Source: the human T2T-CHM13v2.0 reference genome, Homo sapiens. Taken from it: DNA of 64,000 nt. The notes under the pieces were generated by a model. It had not been told where the DNA came from, searched no databases, and saw only the letters and a program-made list of their open reading frames with translations. This document shows positions 1-14,200 of this stretch, piece by piece. Location of the stretch: the NCBI RefSeq assembly GCF_009914755.1, contig NC_060927.1; one strand, 5' to 3'. How positions within the stretch are numbered: position 1 is the stretch's first letter; each line of letters opens with the position of its first letter. The position numbers and the translations under genes are program-made.

Positions 1-2439
1 GTGAATATAAGTGAAAACCAAATGATCCATGTAATTATAAATTTTTATCATCATCTTTACTCTATTTGTATAAATCCCAAAGTAGACCTGAAATAAGAGT
101 AGATATCTATATAAAAATCAGGAAAGCTGTGGTATACTTTTATCCTCTGTCACTCAGGCTAGTTAAATTTTTATTTCTAATAATCATTAAGTTATACATT
201 TATACAAAGAGATACATTATAAAATTTTAAGTATATCATAATTATTGACAGTGAGGTGGACAGGTAGTACGCATAAGTGAAAAATCAATTATAATGAATC
301 ACAGATATTATGGAAATTTGAGATTGTCATGTGAGAAAGGAAATATTTGAAGCAGGTCTATGTGATCCCTCTTTACCTGTGGGGATGCTGCACAAAAGGA
401 AAAAGATCTGGTCCAATCCCTTTGCAAACATACTAATAACAGTCTTCCTGGTAAACACACATACGTGGCACTTAGTGGTGGCAGAATTCTTATATTTGTA
501 ATGCTTTTGCCATATGTACCTAGCCTGTTCACGACTGCTTGTAGAAAATAAACATCACATTTTAAGATTTATTGTGTAACTGCTTATAAAATATGATATA
601 AACTATGCAATTATCAGCATGTAAGTTGTAAATATTTCATGAAAAAAATAGCTCCCTTTTGTGTAAATGATACTCTGCATTCATCCCTTAGGGTCATGTA
701 TGCTAAAACCAAACCATAGTACATCATAATACAAGAAGAAACAACCTGAGGAGCAAAGATGGTAGTTCTGTACTTCATGCTTCCTCTATGGATCACAATT
801 ACTGTTATCTCTTCAATTTTGAAATTGTTAGTCAGCTTTGGTACTGGTGAAGAGCTCCAGTTTTTGTGGGATTTAACAATCTGAGGTTCTGAGTTTTCTC
901 AGGTTGGCAATTTGGCTTCAAGGAGGGAATTACAGCTTCATTTTGAAGCTACTTGAGAAAAGCAATTACACTGTATTTACATATATTGTATATTTTTGGG
1001 GATTGTAATTGGAGGATTAATGGAGATTATAAGATTTAATACTCCAAATCCATCTACTTTTTAGCACTATCATTGTAGCGTAAATAGTGTAAAAGCCTAA
1101 GCGAGTAATTCTTATGTGTAAATAGGTATATATCAATACTTTAGAAGAAGAGATGAGACTTTATTGATAGTACTTTTTCATTTCCTGTGCCATTTTATCT
1201 AGTTTAGTAGGTCACTAGTTGGGCCTGTGAAGGATATTCAGCAAATAAATAACAGATATGAGTTGATTTTTCAAATGAATATGTCCTGTGCCTCGTGGAG
1301 AAGATAAATTGCAGAAGAATATAAACATAGGCAAGGAGAATAGCTGGCAGGGGTCAAGGTGAGGACTAACTTATTGATGAGAGAATTGATATGAGATTTA
1401 TATACAAATATGTTTGAGAGGTGTAGAAATATTATGAAGGGATTGGCAAGCTGTTGGATGTTGAGATTACGAATAAGGGTAAAGTTCAGGATGAATGTGG
1501 GTGTTTATTTTTCATAAGTAATATTTTTAGACAAGAGAGAAAAGAATTATAAGAGTTCTAGAATGCCATATGTTTCTCGGGTTTTTTTCATGCATTTTAT
1601 TGGTATTGAGAATGGAAAGAGGGAGTTAGAAAATCTATCCTCAGTCTTAAGGAGCTAGTCAATGTGAATGGCTCTTAAACATAAATATTCACATGACCTG
1701 TTGACATCAAGCTTCTCTTTAGCTGCAGCATAGATACTGTCAGCAACCCAGTGGAATATGAGCTCTTTTGAAGGTATATCAATCACTTAATCTACTGGCA
1801 GATGCCTGAAAAAGTAAGTGTGTATGAGAACGTGGAGCATAAGGACAGGACACATCACCCTGAAAAGTCAGAGGAAACTCACATGACAAATACAATTCCA
1901 AAAAACAGGACACTTTAATATAAATAAGAGGAACAGGAAACAGGGAGGACTCAGATGGGGTTTTATAGCTAACATTTTTTGAAAGCACAGGCAATAGTAC
2001 CTAAAGGAGAGATGGACGCCAGGTGAAACATGAACCACCCCTTTCCCTGCCCAGTGGAGAGAGAGAGGGGCACACTGCAGAGAGATGGCGCTCTTGTGGG
2101 TGGAAAATTTCTCCCTCAGGTGTGGCCAGTCACATGCTGGAGACAGGGAAGAAAACAGTGATGCAGGAAAGGAAGAGGTCCTCGTAGGGAGTAGGGACAA
2201 GCTGAAGCTGTATTGCTGCTGCGTACCTCCTATGTCTCTCTGGGCCAGTCTGGGGGACCTTCCTCCCATCGATCAAATGTATACAGGGCTGGGACCTGAG
2301 CAGTTCATTGATCATTCTCAGTCTTGCTAATAGATTGATCAGTGTGGTCAGCAGAGAGGTTTAAGTTTAGGAGGTTAACAAATAGAGTGGAGGACCTCAC
2401 ACCTGAGGTTTCTCTCCACTGTGGCTTTGGTAGTTGCCT

Positions 2440-2525
2440 ACTTGCTTGCTCTACATTGACTTGCTGGCTGACCTTAGCCAACTTTCTTCCCCTACCTGGA
2501 CTTCTGTTTCCTCATCTGTGAAGGC
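2440..2525 (+). mobile_element. MIR SINE core fragment
   Basis: ctgaccttagccaac...ttctgtttcctcatctgtgaa resembles the MIR core (gaccttgggcaagt...tcagtttcctcatctgtaaa). Confidence 0.6.
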
Positions 2526-3472
2526 TTTGTCTAACCAATTCCAGCTGCAGATGGGGAAACCCAACCCTATAGGCAAGTGGCAATGATGCAGCTTTTCAAG
2601 AAGAAAACTGTGAGCTGCTCCTGGATGATCATTTCTTTTTTTTTGCCCCAGGGCTCTAGCAGCAACACATCACGATGCCCTGGCTAAAAGCTGTGTCCAA
2701 CTCCTTATCTTGTCCTTGCTGCCCCCACCCAGGCTATTGTTGCACAAGTCAAGGAAGAATAAGATGCTGGCTCAGCCTTAGCACCTTGCCACTGCCCACC
2801 ACATTCAGAAGGCCATTAGAGTCAGGCAGTGAGTGGGACAGGTGCCTAGGTGGGAGTCATCACCCTGGGAGCTGTTGGTGGCTGGAGGCTAGGAATGCAG
2901 GTGAGGATGCAGGTGAGGGTTTGGTGCGGGACAAGGGTGGGTGTAGGTAAGCACTTCTTCAGTGAGGCCCTATAGACAGTGCATGTGCAGGCCAGTGGGG
3001 CTGAAGAGGTTGGTGATGGAGCTGCACTTGGCCAGTGGAAAGAGGAGGAACTCTCAAGCCTGTGTCTGGATTTTCAGGCTCCTCCTCTTCCTCTCCATAC
3101 ACGGTTCCTGTTTTCACTGGATGCTGCTGCCCATTCAGCCTACCCACTCCACCCTCAGGAGTAGAAGTCAAAGTTCATGGCATTGGCCCAGGACCTGTGG
3201 CCATGGCCACAGACAATTACTTGGGCCTAGGTGAATCAGGTCATCTTTGTGTCCTGTCACCATGTAGTGATGGTCAAAGACCCAGCATGCATGAAGCAGG
3301 TCTCTCAGAATAGCTCTTTATGAACCTACACAAGAGTAGAGAGTTAAGACCCAGCATCTACTGTGGTTGATACTGGCTAAGTGTTGGCTATTGGCTAGAG
3401 AGCAAACTTGTTCTGTGGGCCTCACCCACCACCCACCTGACCAGTGGGTTGCAAGAGTCTTCTTTGGGCAGC

Positions 3473-3652
3473 ATAAATGTCCATGAAATCTTCACAATTT
3501 ATGTTCAGAGATTGCAGTAAAGACAGGCATAAGAAATTATAAAAGTATTAATTTTGGGAACTGATAAATGTCCATGAAATCTTCACAATTTTTGTTCCTC
3601 TGCCACTGCTCCAGCTGGTGCCTCCATTCGGGGTCCCTGACTTCATGCAACA
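3473..3652 (-). mobile_element. MER11 (HERV-K11/HML-8 LTR), 5' ~180 bp only
   Basis: Reverse complement starts tgttgcatgaagtcagggaccccgaatggagg, matching the MER11 5' terminus; contains the MER11 internal repeat ataaatgtccatgaaatcttcacaattt twice (3473, 3564). Confidence 0.85.
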
Positions 3653-3984
3653 CAACATTTTGAAGATTTATCTCAAAATTTAAAAATAAGTGTACTTCTG
3701 GAAATGTTATTAAAAATTACCCATTCTGCCAAACAAAACATTATTTAAAGTATTCTACTTCACTCTTAGATTAAATTACATTTTCAAGAATGAAATAATA
3801 TGGTCATAAGTAATATTATTTCACTAAATATTTAAATGGTATAAATCAGAATTTTGTGTAAAAAGATACAATTTAATGGTCAAAAAATGAACATATAGTA
3901 AAAATGCTGTGAAGACAGTGACTCTATTCATAGCAATGAATATTTTTGTGCTGAATCACATGATATAAAAATTCATAAACATAA

Positions 3985-5740
<1,756 letters not shown>

Positions 5741-5892
5741 AGGCATTCCTAAATATAAAAAAAAATTTTAAACTGCTTCATTTCCAGAATAAAACTACAT
5801 ATATTCAAGTGTATATATAAAAACCTATATATGTTATTTTGTTTTATTATATATAGTTTAATTTTGCTTTATGATATATAATAAGTTATATG

Positions 5893-6015
5893 CTTTATTA
5901 TAAGGAATTGGCTCATACATTTGTGGAGGCTGAGAAGTCCCATGATTTGCTGCCTGCAACTTGGATACCCAGAAGAAGAGGTGGTGTAGTCCTAGTCTGA
6001 GTTTGAAGGTTGAGG
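5893..6015 (-). mobile_element. MLT2 (ERVL LTR) fragment
   Basis: tttattataaggaattggctcatacatttgtggaggctgagaagtcccatgat matches the reverse complement of the MLT2 3' portion. Confidence 0.8.
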
Positions 6016-6147
6016 TATGAATTTGAAATATTTTTTATATATACATATAATATTTCAATTATTTGATTATTTGACATATTTGAAATATATTTCTATATTA
6101 TATAAATATTTAAAATATTTATATATTTATAAAATGTTTCAAATAGG

Positions 6148-6190
6148 ATATATATATCCTATTGCTTCTATTTCTTTGAAGAACTCTACC
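6148..6190 (+). mobile_element. MLT2 terminal fragment, opposite orientation to 5893-6015
   Basis: atatatcctattgcttctatttctttgaagaactct resembles the MLT2 end atatatcctattggttctgtttctctggagaaccct. Confidence 0.65.
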
Positions 6191-7340
6191 AACCAAGAAT
6201 TTAATCTACCTCTTTATTCATCCAAAGTCTAACAAATATTGGAGAATGTAAAAGGACCTGGGAAACTAAAGCTAGCTATCACAAAATGTGAGAACCTTCT
6301 AAAATATAGAAAGAAGAATTTATCAGACTAAATTGAAGACGCAGATGAGGCTACATCCTAAGAAACAAGTATTAATTGCAGCAATTTCCAGATCAGTTCT
6401 AGGAAGTGTTAAAATTCATCAACAATCTCCCTTTCTCTCTCCAAGAGGACTCAACATCAGCAATGATTTGTGTTCTTAGGCTAATTGCAAAGGCAATTCA
6501 CTACAGAAAGTGAGCACCTGTCCTGCTGGGTCATGAGTGGGAAGTGAGCAGCATGCGAAGCAATTCTCAAAGAGGGTAAAGCAAGACTATAAAGGCAGTC
6601 CTAAGTAGAAGTATTTTAAACTGCTCATTTCCAGAGTAAAGCTCCTTAAATATGGCAAATATCGATCCCCCAACTAACCCATCTGTAAGAAATCCTGCTA
6701 TTGATAGCTCCTGAATCCTTTTCACTGAATCCTTCTTGAGGCTGCTTATTCAAGGGTTCTCAGAGATTCGCAATAAATCATGCAGATGGCCTATTCCAAT
6801 AGAGGACTTTATTCATGCAAACGAAGGAAGTAGGGAAATCAAGGTAACCAAGATGAAGAAACCAAACAAGTTACTTCAGAGGAAATAGAAGTAATTCTAA
6901 AAAACAGAAGAGAGCTTAAAAGCAAGATTTATCAGGTAGAGATGTGAAGGAGATAAAGTGTTTCCAAAACCAAGAATAGTCTAGAAAAGAAAGTGAACAA
7001 TTTGATGACAGCAAAAAAATTAAAAAAGTTATGAGAATATATTGCCATTAAAATTTTTGTTGTATAAATGTATGCATAAGTAAATTAAAAATGTGATTGT
7101 TCTGAGCTTTCTATTAACCGACTGATTAAAACAGATGTAAGTGGCTAGACAGGTATGTCTGAAAAATTATTTTTCTTCTCCTGACTCACTGACATTTGTA
7201 TTCCTTTAACTGGGAATGTAGGCATAACCTTGAGTTACATTTATTTTTATGTTTAGCCTTTCATCTTCCACTTTGAGCTCTATGCCTTGGAAGTGACCAA
7301 CAATTTTCATTTCAACTATGTTCTTTTCAAAGAACCCCTA

Positions 7341-7699
7341 TTTTTTATTATAACTTTTGTTTTAGGTTAAGGGGTGCAGATGCAGAGATTTGTTCTATAG
7401 ATCAACTCCATGTTGTGTGGGTTTGGCCTGCAGATTTTTCTGTACACCAAAAAAGCCTTGAATTGATATCCTCTATGTACACATTCCAATGTGCGTAATA
7501 CCTTCTTCAAGAACTGGAGAGATGATAGATTTGACATTTTCTTGAGATTATTCATCATTTTTGAGTGCCTTCAGGCTAGAAAGGAGGATGTCTTTAGTCC
7601 CTAAGTAGAAAAGGAAGAGGTTATATGTATATGAAATGATGTATATGTATATAAAATATAAATATAAACTTATTTCATATACATATAACCTCTCTCTCG

Positions 7700-7738
<39 letters not shown>

Positions 7739-8850
7739 TATATATAAAAGTGTATCTATGTATATATAAATTGCAAGGGCATGATTTTAAAGGGCAGTAT
7801 GTAAGTACTCACTAGTAAATCTTATTATATTATTATATTCTGGTTGTTTGCTTCACTGTGGCACAATTCTAGCCCATTTGGGACCTTATGTTTCAGGTAG
7901 TAAGCATAGTACCTTATAGATAGATATCTTTTCTGATCCTCTCCCTCCTCCTGCTCTCCACTCTCAAGTGGGCCCCAGTCTCTGTTGTTCCCCTCTTTGT
8001 ATCCAAGTGTTCTTGTTGTTTAGCTCCCACTTATAAGTGAAAACGTGGTATTTGGTTTTCTGTTCCTGCATTAGTTTGCTTAGGATAATAGCCTCCAGCT
8101 CCTTCAATGATGCTGCAAAAGACATGCTTTGTTATAGCTACATAGTATTCCATTGTGTATATGTACTTCATTTTCTTTATCTAGTCTACCATTGATGAGC
8201 ATTTAGGTTGATTCCATGTCTTTGCTATTGCAAATAGTGCTGCAGTGAACATTTGTGTGCATGTGTCCTTCTGGTAGAGCTATTTATATTATTTTGGGTA
8301 TATACCCAGATACAGGACTGCTGGGTTGAATGGTAATTCTGTTTTAAATTCTTTGAGGAATTGCCACACTGCTTTCCACAATGGCTGAACTAACTTACAC
8401 TCCCACCATCAGTGTATAAACATTTTCTTTTCTCTACAACCATGCCAGCATCTGTTATTTTTTTTTACCTTTTATAATAACCATTCTGACTGGTGTGAGA
8501 TGGTATCTAATTGTAGATTTGATGTGCATTTATCTAATGATATAAATTGCTTATAGATTCTGGATATTAGACATTTGTCAGATGCACAGTTTGCAAATTT
8601 TTTCTTCCACTTTGTAGAGTGTTTGATTACTCTGTGGATAATTTCCTTTGCTGTGCAGAAGCTCTTTAGTTTAATTAGATTCCATTTGTGAATTTTTCTT
8701 CTTCCAATTGCATTTGGTGTGTTCATCATGAAACCTTTGCCAACATCCCATGTCCAGAATGGTATTTCCTAGGATGTCTTCCAGGGTTTTTATAGTTTTA
8801 TGGTTTCATATTTAAGCGTTTAATTCATCTTGAGTTGATTTTTGTATACG
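7341..8850 (-). mobile_element. 5'-truncated L1PA13-16-type LINE (3'UTR plus ORF2 end), interrupted at ~7449-7893
   Basis: T-rich tail then L1 3'UTR; tttagctcccacttataagtga; ORF 8472-8729 translates to L1 ORF2 C-terminal sequence ([15 protein letters not shown]); degenerate TSD gaaccccta 7332 / gaatcccta 8851. Confidence 0.9.
7452..7888 (+). repeat. Local direct duplicate of 10553-10865 with expanded (TA)n/(CA)n
   Basis: aaagccttgaatt...ttcttcaagaactggagagatgatagattt...ggacctta present in both copies. Confidence 0.95.
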
Positions 8851-9111
8851 GAATCCCTAACTGTGTTTTTCCTGGTAGTGGCCATTCTAGTTACTGTGTA
8901 ATTGCTTTCACTATCTTTCTTACATAATGCATTTGCCCACCTATGAGAAACTTGTTTTTAAATTCTCTCTGATTTTGTAAGAAAGAAACATGGCAGTTAT
9001 GCTCACTTTCCTTATCTTTAATGTCAGGCCTACTTCCAATAACCTCTATGGGAGATGTTCTTCTCTGATATTCTTACAACATCAGTGTTATATTGCAGTC
9101 TGATTAGCATC

Positions 9112-9474
9112 TGTATTAGTCTATGTTCATGCTTCTAATAAAGACCTACCCAAGGCTGAGTAATTTATAAAGAAAAAGAGGTTTAATGGACTCACAGTTC
9201 CTTGTGGCTGGGGAGGACTCACAATCATGGTGGAAGGCAAAAGACAAGTCTAACATGGTGTCAGACCAGAGAGAATGAGAGAATCAAGCGAAAGGGCTTT
9301 CCCCTTATAAACCCATCATATCTCATGAGACTTACTTTCTAGCATGAGAACAGCATGAGGGAAACCGCCCCCATGATTCAATTATCATTCACTGGGTCCC
9401 TGCCACAACACATGGGAATTATGGGAGCTACAATTCAAGATGAGATTTGGTGGGGACACAGCCAAACGATATCA
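9112..9474 (-). mobile_element. THE1 (THE1B/C) MaLR solo LTR
   Basis: tgtattagtc...aataaagac...gagatttggtggggacacagccaaacgatatca; full ~360 bp LTR. Confidence 0.92.
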
Positions 9475-10094
9475 GAGTCTATTTCACAACTGAAGAAATA
9501 GTAGCCCAGTTCAAGTGGCATGTCTGTGAACACAAAGCTGTTTTATTGCATAATCAGAATTTGTAATTCAGATGTGGTTTATAATTTAGGGCTTCTCACG
9601 CATACTACATAGTTCATTTTCTCAATATTCAGATGAAGAAGCAACTTAAGAAAGATTAGCAGGTTTGATAAAGTTTATGCCATGAGTTTTTATCAGTTAA
9701 GGGGGTAGATTCTGTTTTGAACACCAAAAATGATAAATCATCTATCTTATAATATTAATACACATTTAATTTATCATTTCTAGTCTTGTTTTTGTCCCCC
9801 CACAACGTAATACAATTTAGAAGAGTAACATTTGTGAAAATATTGAACTTACACCCTTAAAAATTAATTAATTTAAATAATTGAAACAGAAGCTATAATA
9901 AGATAATTTTACCAATATTATGATATGCCAAATGGGTGAATTATTTGGGTTGTTAAAATGCTATTTATGCTCTTCAAAAAGTACTAATTAAATCTTATTT
10001 TTGGAGATGTATATTTGATTATTAATCTATCTTTTGTATACAGAAGTGACACTGTTTCATGGATTATGCAAATATTAATTTTTTTACTCCTCGT

Positions 10095-10270
10095 AATCTC
10101 CTTGTGATGTAGGCAGCACTATTATCTTCAAAATACAGAAAAAGAAACTGATACCAAGACAGGCTGATTAATCTCCCAAAGTTATAAGCTAATAATTAGA
10201 AAAGCTAGGATTTAATGATAGGCTGTTTAGCTTTCAATTTTCTACTCTTAATAATTATGCTATATTGCCT
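10095..10270 (-). mobile_element. MIR SINE
   Basis: tacagaaaaagaaactga...ctcccaaagttataagctaataatt...tatgctatattgcctc. Confidence 0.65.
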
Positions 10271-10552
10271 CCAAACTATGAAAAAAAACATATAAATGTA
10301 GAAAAACTGTTTCCAGTCTTTTTGCTTGCTTTACAAATCTCTTGACAAGAGAAAATGCAAGCAATGAATGTAATATTATTTTAGTATTACCATCAGTGCA
10401 ATATATAAGAAGAACAACTTGAAATAAAAAGTTAAACTCAATGTAACACAAGCTATTGAGAATGAATGAAATAAAAACTATTTGTTTCTGTTATCAATGC
10501 CATGTCCTTTTCTTTATTAATACAAATAGAAAAAGAAACTATCCACTAAGGT

Positions 10553-10865
10553 AAAGCCTTGAATTAATATCCTATATGTAAACATTCCATTATGCTCAAT
10601 AGGTTCTTCAAGAACTGGAGAGATGATAGATTTAACATTTTCTTGAGATTATTTATCATTTTTGAGTGCCTTAGGCTAGAAAGGAGGATGTCTTTAGCCC
10701 CTAAGTAGACAAGAAAAAGGTTAAATATATATAAAATCACTTTATAAAGATTGCAAGGGCATGCTTTCAATAGGCAGTAAATAAGTACTCACTAGTAAAT
10801 CTTATTATATTATATTCTTGTTGTTTGCTTCATCAAGGCACATTTCTAGCCCATTCAGGACCTTA
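10553..10865 (+). repeat. Donor copy of the 7452-7888 duplicate
   Basis: Direct alignment by eye, roughly 85-90% identical outside the microsatellite. Confidence 0.95.
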
Positions 10866-11061
10866 CAATTTTTTTTTCAGAACCAAGATTAATATATACC
10901 AGTCCTAGACTGATATAGGCAGATTATACCTTACTGATTATTTGAGGTGAGGAATAAAATTTGGTCTTAAAGGATGGTGATACATAACTTGGCAGAAACA
11001 TGGAGAGGAAGACCATGGTTTCCGAGAAAGGACAATAATGAAGACAGGGATATGCATATTA

Positions 11062-11247
11062 GGTAAAGAGCCAGATAATAAATATTGTAGGCTTTGTAGG
11101 CAACACATAGCCTCTGTCGTATATTTTTTCTTCTTTTTTTTCCCAGCCATATAAAAGTGTTTTAAAAAATACACTCTTAGCTGGAGGACTATGCATAAAT
11201 CGTCAATGAACTAGATTTGGCCAGTGGCCCACAATGTGCCAATCCCT
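11062..11247. mobile_element. MER58 (hAT-Charlie) fragment
   Basis: gtaaagagccagataataaatattgtaggctttgtaggc ... agatttggccagtggcccacaatgtgccaatccct. Confidence 0.7.
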
Positions 11248-14200
11248 TATTTAAATGACTGTGGAATTGTGCCTGACTAGATTGGAGATTTAATAGTGGA
11301 TAATAATGGCAGAGAAGGGCAGAAAGAATAGATGAGGCCAGATTATTAAAAATATTGAAAGTCAGAACGAAGCATTGAACTTGGATTAGATTCTTTTTCT
11401 CTAAACATAAAGGTGAAAGTATTTATCCTCCAATTCATTTAAGATCGCTTTAGCATTAAGCCAAATTGTTCTCATCTGACCCCAGGAAATCAAATGAAGG
11501 ATGTTTTAATTAAAGAGGAACATTAAATCAAGTTTTGTTTCATCTCTTATTGAGTAGAGCCAAAACTTTTTAAAAGTTTTCTGTTTCTTCTGAAGGTGAA
11601 CCTTTTAATGAAATACAATGATTGCTAGTGTTAATATTCTGACCTTGTATGTTCTGATGCACAAACTAAATGAAGACCATATGTGGTGGTTTTCTTTGGA
11701 GATGATGTGTATTTTTGTACTTGTGAAATCAAGAGGACTGTTATTGAAACTCAACTCCTAAATTTTCTATTTGCTCACAGCTGGGGTGTCCCTGGGTCCT
11801 GGGAAGCAAAAAGCACATGCTTAGTGTTAGAGTTTCCCAGTCGAATTTCAGAGGCTTGAAAAGTTCCTGCATCCTGACAGCATCTTTATTACCTGTACTT
11901 GAGAAATCTCTAGATGGTGTCTTTTCTAGCTATGCATATATATTTAGAAAATAAAATAATTGCTATAAATAATTATTTTATTTTTTAAAAGTTAGCGATT
12001 TAAAGGTGCTAATTACTGAAATGAGAATTACAGGATAGTGAAGAGTGAACAAGTCCAGAAAGTGAGATACTAGGATGTGTTAAAATACGTAGAAAAAAAA
12101 AGAAATCAGCCAAAATGTGGAAATTAGGTTTTGATTATATAAATACAAATTAAACTTATTATTTGCGAAATACCACCAGTGTGAAATAATGACTTAAAAA
12201 GTCATATAATTTCTTGAAGTTCAAAGAATGACACACTTTTCTTCATGTCTGTGAATTTTTAATTCCCAGTTATTCTAGCTGCCTGGATGCAGGGTAGAAA
12301 CTCATTGGACTGGGAGTCATAGATGTTGGAGGGCAAGTCCAACTTCCTCACCAGCAATATCATTTGTTATATATCTATACTTTTATTTAATAATATGAAT
12401 ATTTCCATCTATACAAAAGACATACTCACTTATATGTGATGGGATACAATTATTGCCCTAGGAATGAAGTAATCCATACAATTTTGGAAATAATAGATTC
12501 ACAACTAAATAATTACAATGTAGTTTGACATTTTAATAGAAAAATGTGCAGAATATATAAAGGAAATACTGACTGGGAGTGTGGACATAAGAGGGAATCC
12601 TCAGAAAGTTATCACTAAATAATGACATTTTACTCTCTTTAAAAAGTCATAGGATTTTGTAAGACAGAAAAGATAAATAGACTACAATAGTAAACTTCTC
12701 CCCTCTTTAAGGACAACGAATTTTACTCCTAATGTTCAATTTAGTGTAGGTGTTTTGTAAACAAATATATATATTCACATATGTATATAAACATATATAT
12801 GTACATATATATATTTAGAAATTGCATTCTGTTTTGCAATGACTTCCATTGTCAACAGAAATATCAGGCGTACGATTATTCAGTATATAAGTTTATTATG
12901 TTCAATTTTACCTTAAGAAAAACTGAGAATATAGGACAAGGTTCCTACTGTTCCAAAAGCTTTCAAGATTTTTGTTGTTGTGGTGCTACTTATTTGTTAA
13001 TACAGATGTACAACGAAATAATAAATGAGTTTTAGCAAGTATAGAAAAACAACTTTTAAGCGTCACTTCTTTTAGAAGTTCAGTAAGAGTTTACAAGTTA
13101 AATCAGCAACCACACTTTCAACCAAAACACACACAAACATAAATCCATTAAATATTTTTTTAAATCAACCAAAATGTTCCTTAATTTTAAAAAGCTAGAA
13201 TTGTGAATAAGTTTAACTCATCCCTTCTAATTTGTAATATATATGGACACATTTATCCACAATGCGTTTAAATAAAGTTATTGTGGTAAATGCATTATCT
13301 GTGCAGTTCCCCATAATGTTTTTTGTCTTCTACAAAAAAATGCTGTATTTTGAGCAATAATTAGAGTTTGGTATTACTTCTTATTGTTTTTTTTTATTTT
13401 GAAGACGAACCAATTACCTTTCTAGAGCAATGCTAGCAAACTTTTCAAGTGGCACCATCACCTAAAAAGTTTATTTTCTGATCTTTTCTGAGCATCCTGA
13501 AGTTTTCACATGGTAGTAATTGACATTGTGAGATTTTAGGCACCTCAATTTGATGTTCATATGACTTTGGAGCGTGTTTTAACATAGGAACATTAAAACA
13601 CAGTTAACATAGGCTAACCTGGAGATAAGCCATGGTTATATTTGGAAGATTTTTGTTGTTACTCCTACTTTGAAGTTCTATTTAAGAGTTATTGCTTAGT
13701 TTTCCTCTTGTTTCTAATTGCTTAAATATAAAAAAGCTAGGAAATTTCAAAATTTTATTATTTTAGTGAATACCTAGGGCATAAGAAGAAACAAAAACCA
13801 TGCCAAGGAAAAAAGAAATAAGAGAGGAAGGAGAAAGGAGAATATAAAGTAAAATAAAATGAAGAAATAAAACAAACATGATGCTAAGACATTTAGCCAA
13901 AATTTTTTTCTGTAGCTGCGTGGCGTCTGGGGATGAGGACTACCATCTCCCTTTACCTATCCGCCACAGGAAATAAATTTGTCTTCTAAAGTGAGATAAC
14001 TGCTTTATTCACTGCTATACTTTAATGAATATATTTTTAATTTGATACCAAAATGCAATCTGAAATTTTTCAGAGCAAAACCTGCATATCACAGCAGGAG
14101 TGAGAAAAAAACTGAAGGTCAAAGGGGAAATTCTTCATGCTAGAACTTGTTTTTATAAACTACGCCAATATCCACAAAATCACTGGTGCTCACACTTGAT

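Noticed and set aside
1200-1700. Possible L2 remnants (also 61600-62400) and old L1ME pieces (29380-29900, 50330-50760, 55050-55600)
   Set aside because: Too diverged to delimit or classify reliably by eye
2085-3313. Overlapping ORFs in the GC-rich island as a possible processed pseudogene
   Set aside because: No recognisable protein in any frame and no clear poly(A) plus TSD; kept only as a compositional anomaly
3473-3591. 28-bp direct repeat with spacer, CRISPR-like at first sight
   Set aside because: Intrinsic internal duplication of the MER11 LTR; only two copies; eukaryotic context
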